Assembly: GCA_030248215.1 (NCBI GenBank)
Contig: JASANG010000273.1
Location: 496,001-560,000 of the forward strand
Reading direction: 5' to 3'
Source: Enoplolaimus lenunculus
Lineage: Eukaryota
DNA: 64,000 nucleotides
Below the pieces are notes generated by a model. That model was not told the DNA's origin and ran no database searches. It saw only the letters and a program-made list of their open reading frames with translations. Shown here piece after piece: positions 37,201 through 52,200 of this stretch. The stretch's first letter is position 1. Each line of letters opens with the position of its first letter. The translations under genes and the position numbers were made by a program.

Positions 37201-40200
37201 AATTCTACCAGTTGAACACAAGCAGAAACTATGTTTGAAAACTCGGCATTACTACTGGGTTGCCCACGGCCATAATCCTTTAAATTTTCGTTAAAATTTT
37301 TCAAATTTAAATTTTTGACATTTCTGACATTTTTGGCAACGTTCCAAAACATAAGTGCAGCGTCGGTTGCAGCTAAGCTTGCATCAAGTTGAACAGCATC
37401 GAGCAACGCAGCCCATGACATAATTTCGTAACGGCGCCAATCGATGACTAAGCTACGAATTGGCGCCAAAGCAGCTTCAAGGGTGACATGGCGCGCGGCG
37501 ACTTTTTCCCATTCTTCGCATACTTCTAAAAACCACATACGCTAAATATGCTACTGATAGTTTGAAAATGAGGACGGATACGCTATTGTTGGAAAGCATA
37601 ACAAAACTTGAAAATACGCGCTTAATTTCGGTTTTAGCCTTCGGCTCACGCCCGTAATTGTAGTATCTGTCTCGCTCTGGTTTCCTTGATTGATATGCAT
37701 ACACATTCCATTTTCTTGTCGTATCATACTGATTAAAAATGACTTTTACAATGGTTACGGATGTTTTTCTAATGGCAAGGATTAGCACTTAGTCATAATC
37801 ACCTACTGATTTCTGGTTTTAAAATAAATGTATGACGAGGTATTCAGTATAACTGATAGAAAGACTGAATAAGCTATAACTACATCACTGAGCTCATACT
37901 TAACAAATTTTCTACAATCGATGCCAATTTGAGCAACGGAGTTGTAGTGGAAGATAGATTTCGAATCTGAACAACTTTAGCCAAAATTTCTAGCAGCGTT
38001 GCATGGCAAGGCCACTGTTGTAACAGCTGGTTAGCCGCGGTCACTAAATCGTTTAGCCGGTGGCACAGTTTAGAGCATTCTTCCGGATACGCGTCTGTAT
38101 ATGGATTTCTTGATTTAGTAGAACGGTTATCTGAAATTAAATCATTTTTCATTAAATGACAAATCAGTGCAGAATTACAGGGTTTCAGTACTTTTCAACG
38201 GCGGTAAATGCGTTTAAAGAAGAATCCGTCTTTGGAACTAATACTATACCATAGATATACCAGAAGCGAGTATAATAAACAAAACCAACTTATGAAAATT
38301 ACCTTAATTTTCAACATATTTAACTCAACAAACTAAATCACTATTGTGACATATCGGTAAAACGCACATTGTCACATTAACGAATAAGCAAATTTCGCAA
38401 TCTAACTGGAATACTAAATTTGTCAGAAATATTTCTAAAGTAGAAAAATTTAAATGTTAACGAACAATGCTGTTTTAAAAAACAACACCACGAATGTTCT
38501 TAAAACAACGCTGTCCATCCCTTTTACCACTTACCTTCCGCCACGTTCGCTACCAATTGGTTCAACGCCATCACACAACCAGCTAAACTCTCCATTTCTT
38601 TAGCACAGGGCAACGTTGCCGTGTTCGAAGGCAACATGTCCGCCAGCAATCCAAGCCCAACGTACACACGTTCACGTTGCTGCAAGTTAATTGTATTCTC
38701 CGGCATGACTTCATCATTAAGTTCCCTGTTATGCTCTGGTTCGCATCCGAAAACCGTTGTCAGAAACTGTAAGACACAGCGACGGAGTTGCTGTAATTTG
38801 TTTCTACAAACATTTCATAAAAAATTATGAATTACAGAATCAATATCCATTTATGCCACAACACAAACAAACCAGTCGTAGTGGGACTACATTTATTGAG
38901 CGAAGCTCAAACGCACGTACGCAATTAAGGTAATATGCAAATTAGCTGTTAGCTAACTATTCATTTATCGGTTTTGGAGGTTTGTAAGCAATTTCCTCAG
39001 ATTCTTCGCGCCCAAAAACCCTTCAGCCACTCTAATTTTTGGAATATTTAGAAAGCCCTAATTTTGTCTTGTCAATTAATCAGATATGCAAATTAGCTAT
39101 TAGCTAACTATTCAATTATCGGCTTTGGATGTTTGCAAACTATTTATTCAAATTCCTCGCACCAAAACACCCTTTAGTGCTGAAATTATATTGCTTTTAA
39201 CCTTAATAATGCAAATTATCTATTAGTTAACTGCTCAATTATCAGTTTTGGAGGTTTGTAAACAGTACGCAGATTCCTCGCACCCAGAAACCCTATAATG
39301 CTAAAATAAGATTGCTTCTAACTAATAATTAGTGAAATATTGTGGAAAGTCCTAATTTAGGCTTAATTAATTATGCAAATTAGCCTGTAGCTAATAAACG
39401 GCTTAAAATTTTAAAACCCCAATGCGAGGTTAACACCACTGGATAATTGGCTTTCAAAAAAAGTTTATCAAAATCGGTTCAGCCCTTCCTGAGATTCTTT
39501 TCGGACGGACATCCACCTTTCGACCCCCAAGTACAAAACATAAAACGCGTCGCGATTTCGCTTCGCTCAATTGTATCTGCAAAAGGAAAACGGTAACCAC
39601 AATCACCGCACGATTTAATTCTTCTTACTGTAACAGCACGATTACCACCATTTCGCACTTACTCTGAATCTCTCTTTTCATTACAGCTATCTTTATTTTT
39701 CTCCCAGTCAACCTCCTTAGAAGTAACGCAAGTTCTCCCGGCAGAATTCTCCGAATCGTATGTTGGAAACAACTCATTCAATTCTGCGTTTTCAATATCA
39801 TCAATTGAAATCAATTTGTGGTTGTTGTTTTTATTGCCGCTTAACGTGCGATATTTATAGTATACGCCATTATTGTCTTTATCAACAATTTCCATCTAAA
39901 AGTAGTACATGCGTAGAATCGCGCTACCAGTTCAAAAGTCCATGCGGACACTACTTGCATTCGCAACGTCAATGTGACAAAACTAATAAATACTCATGCG
40001 TAGTCATAAAAAATCAGTAGCATTTTTGTATTTTCAATCACGGTCATAGAAGCGCGTGAAAAATTTCGGTAGAATGTCCCCACACCCGAAATCTATCCTC
40101 CCCTCCCTTGGTACACCCTGTAAAAACCAAGCAGAACAGTTACATTCAGCTTGTACTTACGCAGCGCGTCCACTGCTCTGATAACCATTCGAAAATCGGT

Positions 40201-43200
40201 TTCAGAATCCTATGCCGATCGAAATCAAAAGAATTACGATCTGAACTAATCAAACCAACAAAGTATCCTACGACTCTAAAAACAAAAAATAAACTATATT
40301 CTAATACAAACTAAAGTAACATGAAAGTAACATCTCGACTTAAGGTTTTAAACAATCGCGCATTCCTTTACAGCTTGCTAAGACGCATGCAGGAACTCTT
40401 AATAATGAAGGAAAAAGCAAATGCCAGTTGACGTAGGTCTGGCAACCAACTACATACCTAACATTGAAAACTAAGCATTATACATGGAACTCGACCCGAA
40501 AAATATACTTGTACATTTTAGTGTGCTAAAACAAAACGTCCTTAAATGCACACTAAACGTAATTTCCAAACTAATTTATAGAAACCCATCAATCAAAATT
40601 TAACTTAATAGAATGTGAACACCAACCTTATTTTTATCGGAAAGCTGACGTCATTGTTTTCAAGAACATCAGGTACTATAGATTGAGCAATCTTACTTCC
40701 TTCGTTTGCTCCACCAATGCTCAGAAGATCGCACGCTAGCGCAACTGTGGTCTATTAATATACAATTTCAATGATAACATGCTTACACAATGTTATAAAT
40801 GATACATTCTAAGCGATTAAATGACCCATGCGCAACAGGTCTAATTTTGTTTTACATTGTGACAAAGATTGCGTCTACACAATCATAACTGAAATCGTAA
40901 TGCATTTTAGTAAAAATTTTGAGAGGTTAAAGGTCCAAGGCATTAAGATTTGTGTTAAACATTAAAATAGTGGTTTCAGATTTATTATAAATCTTTAAAA
41001 TACTCATGTAGGATTAGTAAACACTAATGGTTTAAGAAGCTATGGATACACAAAAATCATTCGCGCACGTTATGAACTGATGTTGCTAACAAATCAGTTT
41101 CATTACTTCCTACCTAACACCAAAGTAATTCACAATTTGAAATCAAATTTTACGTACCACACAAACCAACTTCCGCTTACCAGATCTTGACTTGCGACAT
41201 TCTGTCCCAATGAAGACATCGCAATGTTCATACCAAGTTGAATCAAAGAAACTGCGAATTGAAACGGTAAACAAACGTCACTGTACGCAGTGAACTCCAG
41301 ACTGAGCTAAAATACAAACACTAAAAGCCGTATACTAAAAAAACCTCACTTCATTATTGTCTTCGATAGCAGAACAATGAATCCAGAACACGTTATTACA
41401 GCTTCCATAAGCTCCCCTGCTCGCTTAAGATTAAAAATTGTTTCATCACAATTAATCACAAGTACAATAATGCTATAGTCACCTTTGACTGAAATCGTTC
41501 CGCTGACAATATAAAAGCTTGAATCACGCTTCTATTTGAATACGATTGTTCTGTAATATCCGCAATGCACGACTTAGAATAACCATAGAACGTGTTGAGT
41601 TGCGACACTAGCGAGTTAAACTGAAACACTTTTGAAATAACAAAAATCCATCTCCTCTAAGGCAAGAAATTCATAAATATTTTAAAATTCTAAAAGTATA
41701 ATCATAATGTACCAAACCTCGTGAAAGTATGATTGAAGACGTACGAAATACTAAAAATTAACTAGACGGATGCTTGAGACGGGTCTAGATTCCATATAAA
41801 TTTCTATGGAGCTACATATGTATTTGTTAAATATTTACACTCATTGGTACACGTACTTCGGGAACATCGAGTTCTGGGCAAAACTCATAATAGGGTTTAG
41901 CCTAATAACTTCTAACCCTTCTCCTCGCCACGATTTCACCTCCAGGTATAACACATTTAACCGTCTGCCCACGCAAAGATCCTAGATTCCTTTACCTGAT
42001 CAATCTCAGGCCGATACGCACACTTAGATTTGAGTTTCATTATCTTTGATTCAAGCTTTCGTTTGAGCACAAAAAGAGTCATTAAATACGGGTGTTGTTG
42101 ATGGTTTGTGCTGTTCAGAAATTCCCCAAATTCCACGAGATCGCAATCGAATTTTCTCAGATAATCTTCTCGAAATAATTCAAGTTCGTTAGTAATTTTT
42201 TGGAGCTAAAATATGTTGACGCTGGTTTAAAAATATAAGAACGACCAAAATTGATTAAAATCCGCATCAACAAAAACAATACACCCAGTACGCTCGGGCA
42301 GTATTTTTCAGCTCCGCTTTTTTGAAAAACGTTTCCACAACAACTCAAATCTCTCTGTTGCATTTAGCACTGAATTCACGTACTGGGCTGCAGGGTGGCA
42401 CAGAGTCTACGATTTGACCGAATCCGAATCCATTGCTAATTTGCCGAATCCGAATCCGAATCCATTGCTAATTTGCCGAATCCGAATCCGAATCTTGCAT
42501 GTTGCAAATTTCAGTTTTATCTATAATTTGTTTCAAAATATCAACACAATGCCAACCGCATAACTTGTAAACGTTAATATATTTTGTGCCCGTCCTCAGT
42601 TTTGAGATTTGTGTCCTGAAACAAATTTTTTTATTAATATAGCAAGATATTTAAAATTTTTTATTGTTTAAAACTGAAAACCATATTGCCGAACACAGTT
42701 GGATTCGGCTTTTGGATTCGGTTTTTTCACAACCGAATCCAAATGCGAACCACAAGTTTTTGCCGAGTCCGAAATTTTGTTGCCACCCTGCTGGGCTGGG
42801 CGTTCGCAGCTCGAGGCCCCATTCGGTCACAACCACTACCACAAACTCGATTTGCAACCGGTTCAAGCCCACACTGGAGAGTTGTCCCCCATTGAGTATT
42901 TTTAGCCTGAAATGTAATGTCACAGATAACCGTGTAAAGCGCGCTTACACGTTATACACCAGTGAACAGGCATGGCTAAATGTTACTTTCCATTAACATA
43001 ACAGTGCTTTTGTCGCTACAAATTACCCCACCCCTTCTGGATACAGTAAATGCCAAGCTAGGCACCGTAAAACAATTCAGATAAAAGTCATTCAACATTA
43101 GCTTTCCACAAAGAAGGTGGTCATACCTGGCTATCGTACAATCGCAACTTTTCATTGACTCTAACCACGGGATCCATAAAGTCAACATCTGGCAGTACTA

Positions 43201-46200
43201 ACTCAGTGATCGATAAGCCAACGCGACACAACCCTATAGAACAAAACATATCAAATAACAAATTGTAAGCACTGTAACAACTATTAAGATGCCGAGCCCT
43301 TCAAAAAATCCGGTTCCGGTTAGATATAACCAGTAGTCCTAACAATGTGTAGAAATGAAAAGTCCAATTCCAGTTACTTTCAGATATTTCGGCACAACAG
43401 TTAATTCGACACTTTTAAGCACTGTTCCCATATTCCTAATGGTGTATTGCAGCCATCGTCAATTAACAGGTTGACCAATTTGTGTAATGATTACAGATCT
43501 CAAAATTGCACAGAGGTAGAACAAATCCAACGCGAAAAATGCACTCAATTTCGAATCCACATTCACTGGTTCAAAAGCTGGCGCTGAACAAAATTAAGAA
43601 TATGGGCCTTTGTTACAAAGCATGAGGGAAACCACAAAACATCAGTTACAAAAATTTTATGTTGAAACCGATAACTAGCCAATCAGTTAAGTAGAATCAT
43701 TCGGTCTGTGACCAATTTTACGGCGCGAGAAAAATGTTAACACCTACTTGTCCTTTTTCGGCTTTAATAGCCAAAATAAAGTGTTTCCAATTTTTGCCCC
43801 GTACACCGGATATCGGTCACCTCACAGTGTCCTGCCAGAACCGGTTATTGAGTTTTTTTCCAGAGTGAGACAAAATATTAAAAACTACTGGTCATTTCGA
43901 ACAAATGCTACTGCGTAACATTGTGATTTTGCTCATGACATTAGTTTAATATCGAGCGTTATTACACTTTTTAGCAATAAAGTATGACAATGTATAATAA
44001 TGGGGTTGGATGAGATTTTTTGCTGGATCTAGAGCCCAAAATCCGGGACATGCTGTTTTTATATCTGGTTGCACCCTACTGACCACCGCTATACTCACAT
44101 CTTGGTAGAGACGACGATTCGTTGGCATCATAACGCATCGAGGGCTCTGCCTGCATTCCATTAGCAATCCAAAACTGTTCGAGCACATCACTAACTGCAG
44201 TTGTTATCAACTGACTAAAACATACAAAGTTAGCTAAAAAGCAAACGTAAAAAAATTCCACAGCAGACAAATTTTTTTCCGTACAAACAATAAAAGTTTC
44301 CTATTAAAATACGCACAGCTGATTCAAAGTTATAAGGTGCGAGATTACAATTACAAAACATAGAATTGACGAAAAACAAATGTAAAGAAGTCTTTCAACA
44401 TAAACTAACCAAAACTGCTGTCGAATTGTCACCATTTGGGAACCATAACACCAATACAGTGCCGATACTTGTTCGGCCGAACGGACCCAGTCTTGAAACT
44501 GACCAATAGGCACACCGCTCGCATGATCGGCGTAAAATGAACACCCAAACTCAGCGAGTCCAGCGAATAATAACTTTGAAACATTCTAAATATAAATTGA
44601 AATGAGAATATGTTTTCAAGAATTACATATATATATGAAATAACTAATACTCGAGTTAAACATTCTAAATATAAATTGAAATGAGAATATGTTTTCAAGA
44701 ATTACATATATATGAAATAACTAATACTCGGGTTAAACGTAGTACACTAAATATATCAATAGAATTATGTACCTGCAAAACGCTTGAACATTTAAGGTTT
44801 TAAAATACACCTAATGTACAATAAATAACTATGGTTGAGTCACAAAAACGATACAATCTGGACAATGTAATCTCTAGTTGAACCACGTATGCTACCACCT
44901 TTCACATTGCTCGACGTAACGTTACCGTCACAGAACAATCAAAAGTGTCCGATCCTGGTTTCCTCTTAACAACGGTATCGTTCAATGCATTTAAAACCAA
45001 GCTGAGAACCAAAATTCGTAGGTTGTCCAATGAGAGTCGATCTAAAATATTTACAATCAATCATACGTGGATCAATTAGTGTTGCAATGTTTTTGTGCGA
45101 TATAGTTAAATGCGAATACCGAAATAAAACGTACACAATACTACGCCACACGTTATACTATTATCCCATCTATCTACAGCACTTTTGGCAGTGTCTTTAA
45201 ACAATGATGTCTACCTTTCTTAGCTACTAATCGAATTTCAGCAAAAACAATATGTATACCAATTTTCCAGCTTATAATTTATTTTGAACTATACTCTGTG
45301 ATTGATTACATTTAATATAGTAACATTTGAAACAACACTGCCTCGTAGACGCATAGAAATTACCTACATAGAAATAATTATCTACAGGATAAAACTCGGT
45401 TTGAAAAGTCCTCAGTCAAATCCGGTCGCACTACGGCACGTACCACTATATAATCTTTGTAACACGTCAACGTTGAGCTTCGCCAAAGTATTATAACCAC
45501 AAAATCGTATCCACTTCTCCACTGATGTTCTAAGTGACCCGAAGTCGTTAAGCTGCGCTAACAATCCGCAACAGCCAAAACTTGTTATCAAATAGTACAA
45601 AGGAAACAACGTGATATTCCTGTTGTTTTGAGACAACGTTAAATCAGACGCTGAAGACCCAGTCCCACACTGCTGCAGCTCAGACACCGTATCGTACATG
45701 CCTAGAAAGGTTGTAGCCAAGTGTTTTAAAAACGTCACATTAACAAGGCAGTGAAGAAAAAACACGCATTTGGGTTATGATAATCAACTTTCTTTATTAC
45801 ATTTTTCTCATTAGTCTACGTGCAGGCGATAAAATAACCAAAAATAGCTAATAATTGATTACTAAATGTCTAAATTTAAAACTAGTTCACTGTCAGGGCC
45901 CCACCGAAATTCCTGTTCCGGCCAGAATTCTTGAAAACTTCAATTTCTGTTCCTGTTTCTGTTCGTGCGTTTAAAGATGCAGGAAACGGAATTTTAACGG
46001 TTCTGCGGCAAATTATTCATAATCATTTAAATATTGCAAAATTAGTGTTTTTGCAATTAGTTCAATTTTGTTAATACACTGTTTCTGATGTTTTAGACAA
46101 ACTTGATGATGAAATGGCTGAAAATTCGCTGAAGCCAATTTTTGGCAAGTGTTCTAAAAAGTTCAACAGTAATTCGGTGATGAAAATTATTCCCAATTCC

Positions 46201-49200
46201 GATTCCTGTTTCTGTTCCATCAGGTTCTTTCAAAGAAATTCAGTTCCATTTCATGTTCCTGTTCCGGTAAAACTTTGTTCCTGCTGGAACATGGGCGGCA
46301 ACAAACGTTTGGATTCGGATTCGTCAAAAATATGTGGTTCGAACACGGATTCGGTTGCAAAAAAGTGGAATCCAACAATGTTCGGCAATATATTTTCAGT
46401 ATTAAACAATAGAAATTTTAAATAACTGGTTATATAGCATTTGCTATCAACATCTAATTAGATAACCAAAACGTTCTTACCTTCCCCGTCATCCAATACC
46501 AACTGTGCCGCCGCCCGTTGTAACTGTTCCGTCAACGCCTGTATTTGACTAATTCGATTATTCGTGCCTCCGAACTCAAATTCCGTTATCATTTTCCTGA
46601 GTTGAAATACCAAAGTCAACCACTTCACCACTGCTGTAAAGCGATAATGCTCATGTTTCACTTCTTGGCCAACACGATTCGGTGACTGAGACGTTATTAA
46701 CAGTTTAACAGTTTCATTTAATTCATTCTCAACAACAATCCAACTAGCATAGCTTTTGTGCTCAGCAGCAGATACGAACGGTGGAACGCATTGCAGCGCT
46801 TTAATCGAGTTGCAATATAACTTAAATGCAGTCTGATTAAAGCTCCATTCAACGAATAAGCGATTATACGCGTTTAAAAGCGCTGACGACTTTGTTGATA
46901 CAATATCCGACCTGAACAAACACAAAACTAAATTAAACATATTTTGCATAGTGAATGCGATCCTCCTTTCATAATATACGAACAGAGTATTTTCATATAG
47001 CGCAATGGGCACTCGTGCAGGCAAAACTTATCGCTCTTTATGTGCGAGACTGTATTTAACATACCAAATATCATATTCCATACACAATTTAACAGTAATA
47101 TCAAGATGTTTGCTACTTAAATACTTAAATTTGAACACCTTTCTGTATACAGAACTTAAAATGTCAAAAATTACTGTGAGTACATTATCCTGTCATCTAG
47201 CAGTATAGTCAGCTGATCTCAAAGTTAGTAATACGTTTTCAAACCCATGAACGGCAGCAGCAGCAAAACATAAAGCATGCATCTGAGTCGAAATTTCAGG
47301 GCGCACCATTCATTGTTTCGAAAGTTACAAGATTTATCACCAATTGGAAATAGCAGCTAAGGTAAATAAGAATGCGTTCAGTAATTATTCACTCGAACCT
47401 GAACAATTTCCTGAGATTTGATACCAAATGTAGGCATGAATAACGCTTTGTGAATCCGCACTACATCAGCTATATAGACAAACATTTACATACAATTCAT
47501 ACTTTTTAAACTGCAATACGCGTTCCATAAACCGTTTAGAACACACTTGCCAAACCAACAACAGCTTTGGTAACAGAGCGTCACATTGTGTGCCAGAAGC
47601 CTTTTCGCAATGTGTATTTAATTGACAACATTCGATAAAACTCGCCATGCACAAAACACCGTGAACAAACTAAAACTCATTTGTTACTCTTATTTTCCAA
47701 AATGTTGAGAATGAGACTTGACAGACTCAAGAAGTTGCGATCAGGCATCTCAAACCACTTGTAGTTGCGCGTACTAACAGAAACACATTGCATACCCTAC
47801 GTTTCGGATCAATCTACAAAACATCAGCTCAAATTATAATGTGTTGCTGTGAGACTAGAACTTGAAATCTGCATCGGAACTAAGTTCAGAAACGTAAAAC
47901 TTAAACACAGCCCGAGAAAAATACAACATTTTGCAAATACAGCATCACGGCGAAATAATTCCTTCCCTGTAGTTGCGACTAATTAAAATTGTACCGAATT
48001 CTAGTAACGCAAACTGAAGGCAACTCTAAAATACATGCTGCTGCGTCAAAAATTAAGGCAAAAATGTTTCGGATCGGATATGCTTACCTCAACAACGCTC
48101 ACGCTGTTAGTAATAGATTCAGAATCGTCAATTAGCGTTTCCAACGAGTTTAACAAGCTTGCAGCATGCGGCACACCTGCATAGAATCGCCGCTTTCCAT
48201 CAGTCCTTCCTGTGGTAGAAGTCACAGCGAAAGATAGTTTTCCTAAATGTACAGATAATTTGTCAAAAATATACGTATCTTCTTACATAAGTACATATAT
48301 GCATAAATATGTAAAAATATAAAACAGATAAATTTTCAAAAACACAGATAACTTTTCGAAAAATAAACTTCAGATTATAAGACAGCAAACCCTTACAGTA
48401 AGCCAAAATACGGAACAATACAGTGAACACACTAAACTTAGACTTACTCTTGGTTAGTTGTTTCGCTATTTCAACCACAGATTCTCGATGAGCCCTTTTC
48501 GACAACAAACAAATGCATGAGCAAAGCATGATACATATAAAATACCTAAAACCCACAAAACAAGAATTTTCAACGGATTTCAACTTATATAAACCGCTTG
48601 TTCAGTTTCGTGCAGTATTTGGTAACCTAAACCTTCGTACACTTGGACATGTAGTAGGTATAATTTAGCAATGACCATAGTAGAAATAGAAAATGATATA
48701 ACAAAACTTGAACATCATCACATATTTTCAACGCTGTAATATAGAAATTGCATGACTTCTCCGATAAAATTTATGTTCTTTTATTTTTTGCCACAATACA
48801 TTTAATACAGCCGATTGACATCCAAAAGCCGAAAAATTTCACAACATGCAAGGCACCTTAATGAAACTTCCACAATATCATGTGTACAGCATGAAACTTT
48901 TGAGAGGGTAGTGTCATGGACACTGACGCCAAAAAGCTTTAGTATCCGAAACACTGAAGCCAAAAAACTTTAGTATCCTGGATACCGAAGCCAAATTACC
49001 TGGTGTACGATAATATTGTGGAAGTAGAATAAGCAGTTTACGTTTGTCATAAGATACGTTACCTAGTCGATCTACAGAGGACTTCGTCGTGCAAAGCAAC
49101 ACTACTTCGTTCCAAATAATTTGCCAGTCCATTATTCCATCTAATGTCTAAAGGCACTAAGCGCCAGTCCAAAATATCTATCGAACTTGTGAACAGCTGA

Positions 49201-52200
49201 CGGAACCACTTGCTTTCGACAATATGACGTAGCAACATTTCCGAGAACGAAATAACATAGCTAGTATTGAGCTCTAAAGAATTCAATACACTAGATTAAC
49301 CAAACTATCCTTTAATCTGTATTTACAAAGCACTCAAAACTGATCGTCATTTATTATGTTCATCACTTCTTTAAAATCATACCTAAATTTCGCCAAAAAC
49401 GCATCCTAAAACACCGCACATTTGGTTGTTAGCAAGTTTTATCAATTAATGCTTATTATTATTATCGCATACTTAAAGCTGTTCATTTACAAATTTACAT
49501 CACATTACCTGAAACTGACGATGCTGTCTTCACATATTCAAGCAACTCTGATAACACGAATGGATTACAACCCATAATAACGTGTTTAAACTGAACATTG
49601 ATTCTTTCATCTCCACCGTTGCTGTCTTTTATCATTCTGCAATGTAACGTGTAATAGACAAGAATCAATGGTGACTTTTTAGATGAGAGCATGAAACGTA
49701 TCTTATTTTGTGTGGCGCAAAATTATCAGAGCGCATTAGTTTTGAAACTATTCCAAGACCAATATTGCATGAAGAGACAGACGTGCTTGAAGCGCAGAAA
49801 CTAAGATAACAACCAGAGCGGCTTCTTTTTAATTAACTTAGCAGGCGAAATATTAAAAGAATTCGCAAACTAAACACCCGTTGTTGAAACAATACGGTCT
49901 GCGCGATCCCTGTTCGAAGTTTATGCCCAAAGTTAAGGACCGTGCCGGGAATCGAACCTCGGCCCTCTTGCGCTCGAGCCAGGCATGCTACCACTAGCCC
50001 ATGTGCTCTTTCAAACAACTTCAAATACCCGGTAATCTGCACATATATTACACTCTTTTTGTTTTACACACCATATACTGACAATCCCTATAAGTCGACA
50101 CGTTGCATACTGTTGTCCAAAGTAATTATCTACTCTTGGTATAGGCGAGAATACCAAAAAAATACGATAACACCATACTTTAGTATATTGATAATAGGAT
50201 GTCATATGCTAACCGGTCGCAGAAGTTAGGTGCTAACGCCGACAGGCTATACATCGATGAAAATTTCTCTGGGTCACCGATCAACGCCTGCCAATCCCAA
50301 TGCCACACAGACCATTGCCCACTTTCAAACTCAGAATACTGTCGTTGTTTCAAACACATAAACTCGCCGTCCTCGGCTTGTAAGTCGCCTAAATGCTGAA
50401 AACAAAACTGTAAGGGATTACAAGGAGAACAAAAATGTAACAAAAAGATACCTAAAATTTGAAATTTGAGTGCAACAAAAAGAACTCGTGACTCCATGTC
50501 GGTTATTCAAATAATGATAGTAAATAACCAACTATCCTGCTGTCTTTTGCTTAGCGCTTTTGTTCAATAAAACATTTCATTAATTTGACCTTAAGAAAAC
50601 TAATTAGCTAAAAAAGTTTTTCTGCGCCATCATTTACTGCAGGTAAACTGCCCCCAGCTATGGCCTACTTAAACCGGTATTTGAGTCAGTGTAGCCTTAG
50701 TTTAGTTATGCTATATGGTTTTTATAAACAACCTACGAACACCCTTACCCATGATACCTACTTTTTCAACATTGCGCGATTCCAGATCCACTAACACAGG
50801 TTTATTTTTCATTGATCTTTGAGACATCAAACTGTCGCGAACATTACTGCCACATGCCACCGCCATAAACGCAGCTTGCAACAGTTCGGCGCCGGTTACG
50901 TTAACTTCTAAAGCCCTCAACAGCACACGTATTAAAAATATTAATCTACCCGCCAACATGACCTATACCAAACACAGTAATCCTTAACCTACAAGCAAAT
51001 GCATACTTTAGATTCTACCACATGCTGTACGAACATTGCTACGAAATTTTAACTTATTTAAAATATTTTGGCAGGTTTTGAATTTGAGACATGCGACTCA
51101 TCCAATTAAAACGCTTTTACAAAAATTGCTTCAACATTCGTTAATCACTTTACATTAACATTGCAATTCTAGTCAACCGTGAACTACAAAATAGTTTCGA
51201 ATATTATCCAATTCATTTCTATCAAAACAAACTCAACAGTATTTAATAATCGAAACTAACCTTGACTTTGTAATTCTTTTCGCACAGCAATCAAATCGTT
51301 GATCAAAGACGCTGGAGTTGGAATGGCATGCAGAATTCGCATCACAGACTTCTCTGAATCAAACAGGCTATCCTAAAACAAACATTTGACTAGGGTTGCA
51401 CTGTAATTCGCGACCGACCTCAGTTTTCATATTTGTGACCTGAGAAATTTTTTTATTGATATAACAAGTTATTTAAAATTATTGTTTAAAACTGAAAAAA
51501 CATATGTCAGCCGCGTAACTTTTAAACGTCAATGTAATTCGCGACCGACCTCAGTTTTCATATTTGTGACCTGAGAAATTTTTTTATTGATATAACAAGT
51601 TATTTAAAATTATTGTTTAAAATCCGAACATTTGTCGGCGCCGTGCATTAGACATTAAACATAACTTACCGTTAGGCATCCTAAAACTAAATTCCAAGTA
51701 AGGATGATGCTATACTTTTGATGACGTCCAGCGCCGTCCGTCATTCTACGGTATCGTAGTTGAGTTACATACGTACGACACGGTGTGGCAACAGACGGCG
51801 ACGCATGGAGCGGGGCGGTTACGGACGGTGAGACAAGACGACGCTTAGATATAACCACTTAAGATAAGATCTTCAGTTACAACTACATCCTTCAACTGTT
51901 CATAAACCTATTCTATAGACCAGTTGTACATGCAGCTTCACTTGTGAATATATAGTGGACACTAATTTTTAAGCAGATGAATGAAATGAACTATTTTTAA
52001 ACTATCATCCAATCGGCTATCAATCTGAAAACGTACCATTAAACATATTTCAATGCCACGATTTCGCATCGCACGAGAAATCGGTCCAAAATCAGGGTTC
52101 ATGGTGAAGAATATTCTGAAAAACAACAAGATACCTTAACTTGCCAAGAAAAACGATGGAGACGCGTCTGAAATGAGTGAGCTTACCAAAACTAGCGATA

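Noticed and set aside
42651..42923. Apparent MDN1 exon interrupted by the hAT MITE
   Set aside because: Exons 43233-43127 and 42205-41996 join in frame and give continuous midasin-like sequence, so the MITE is intronic.
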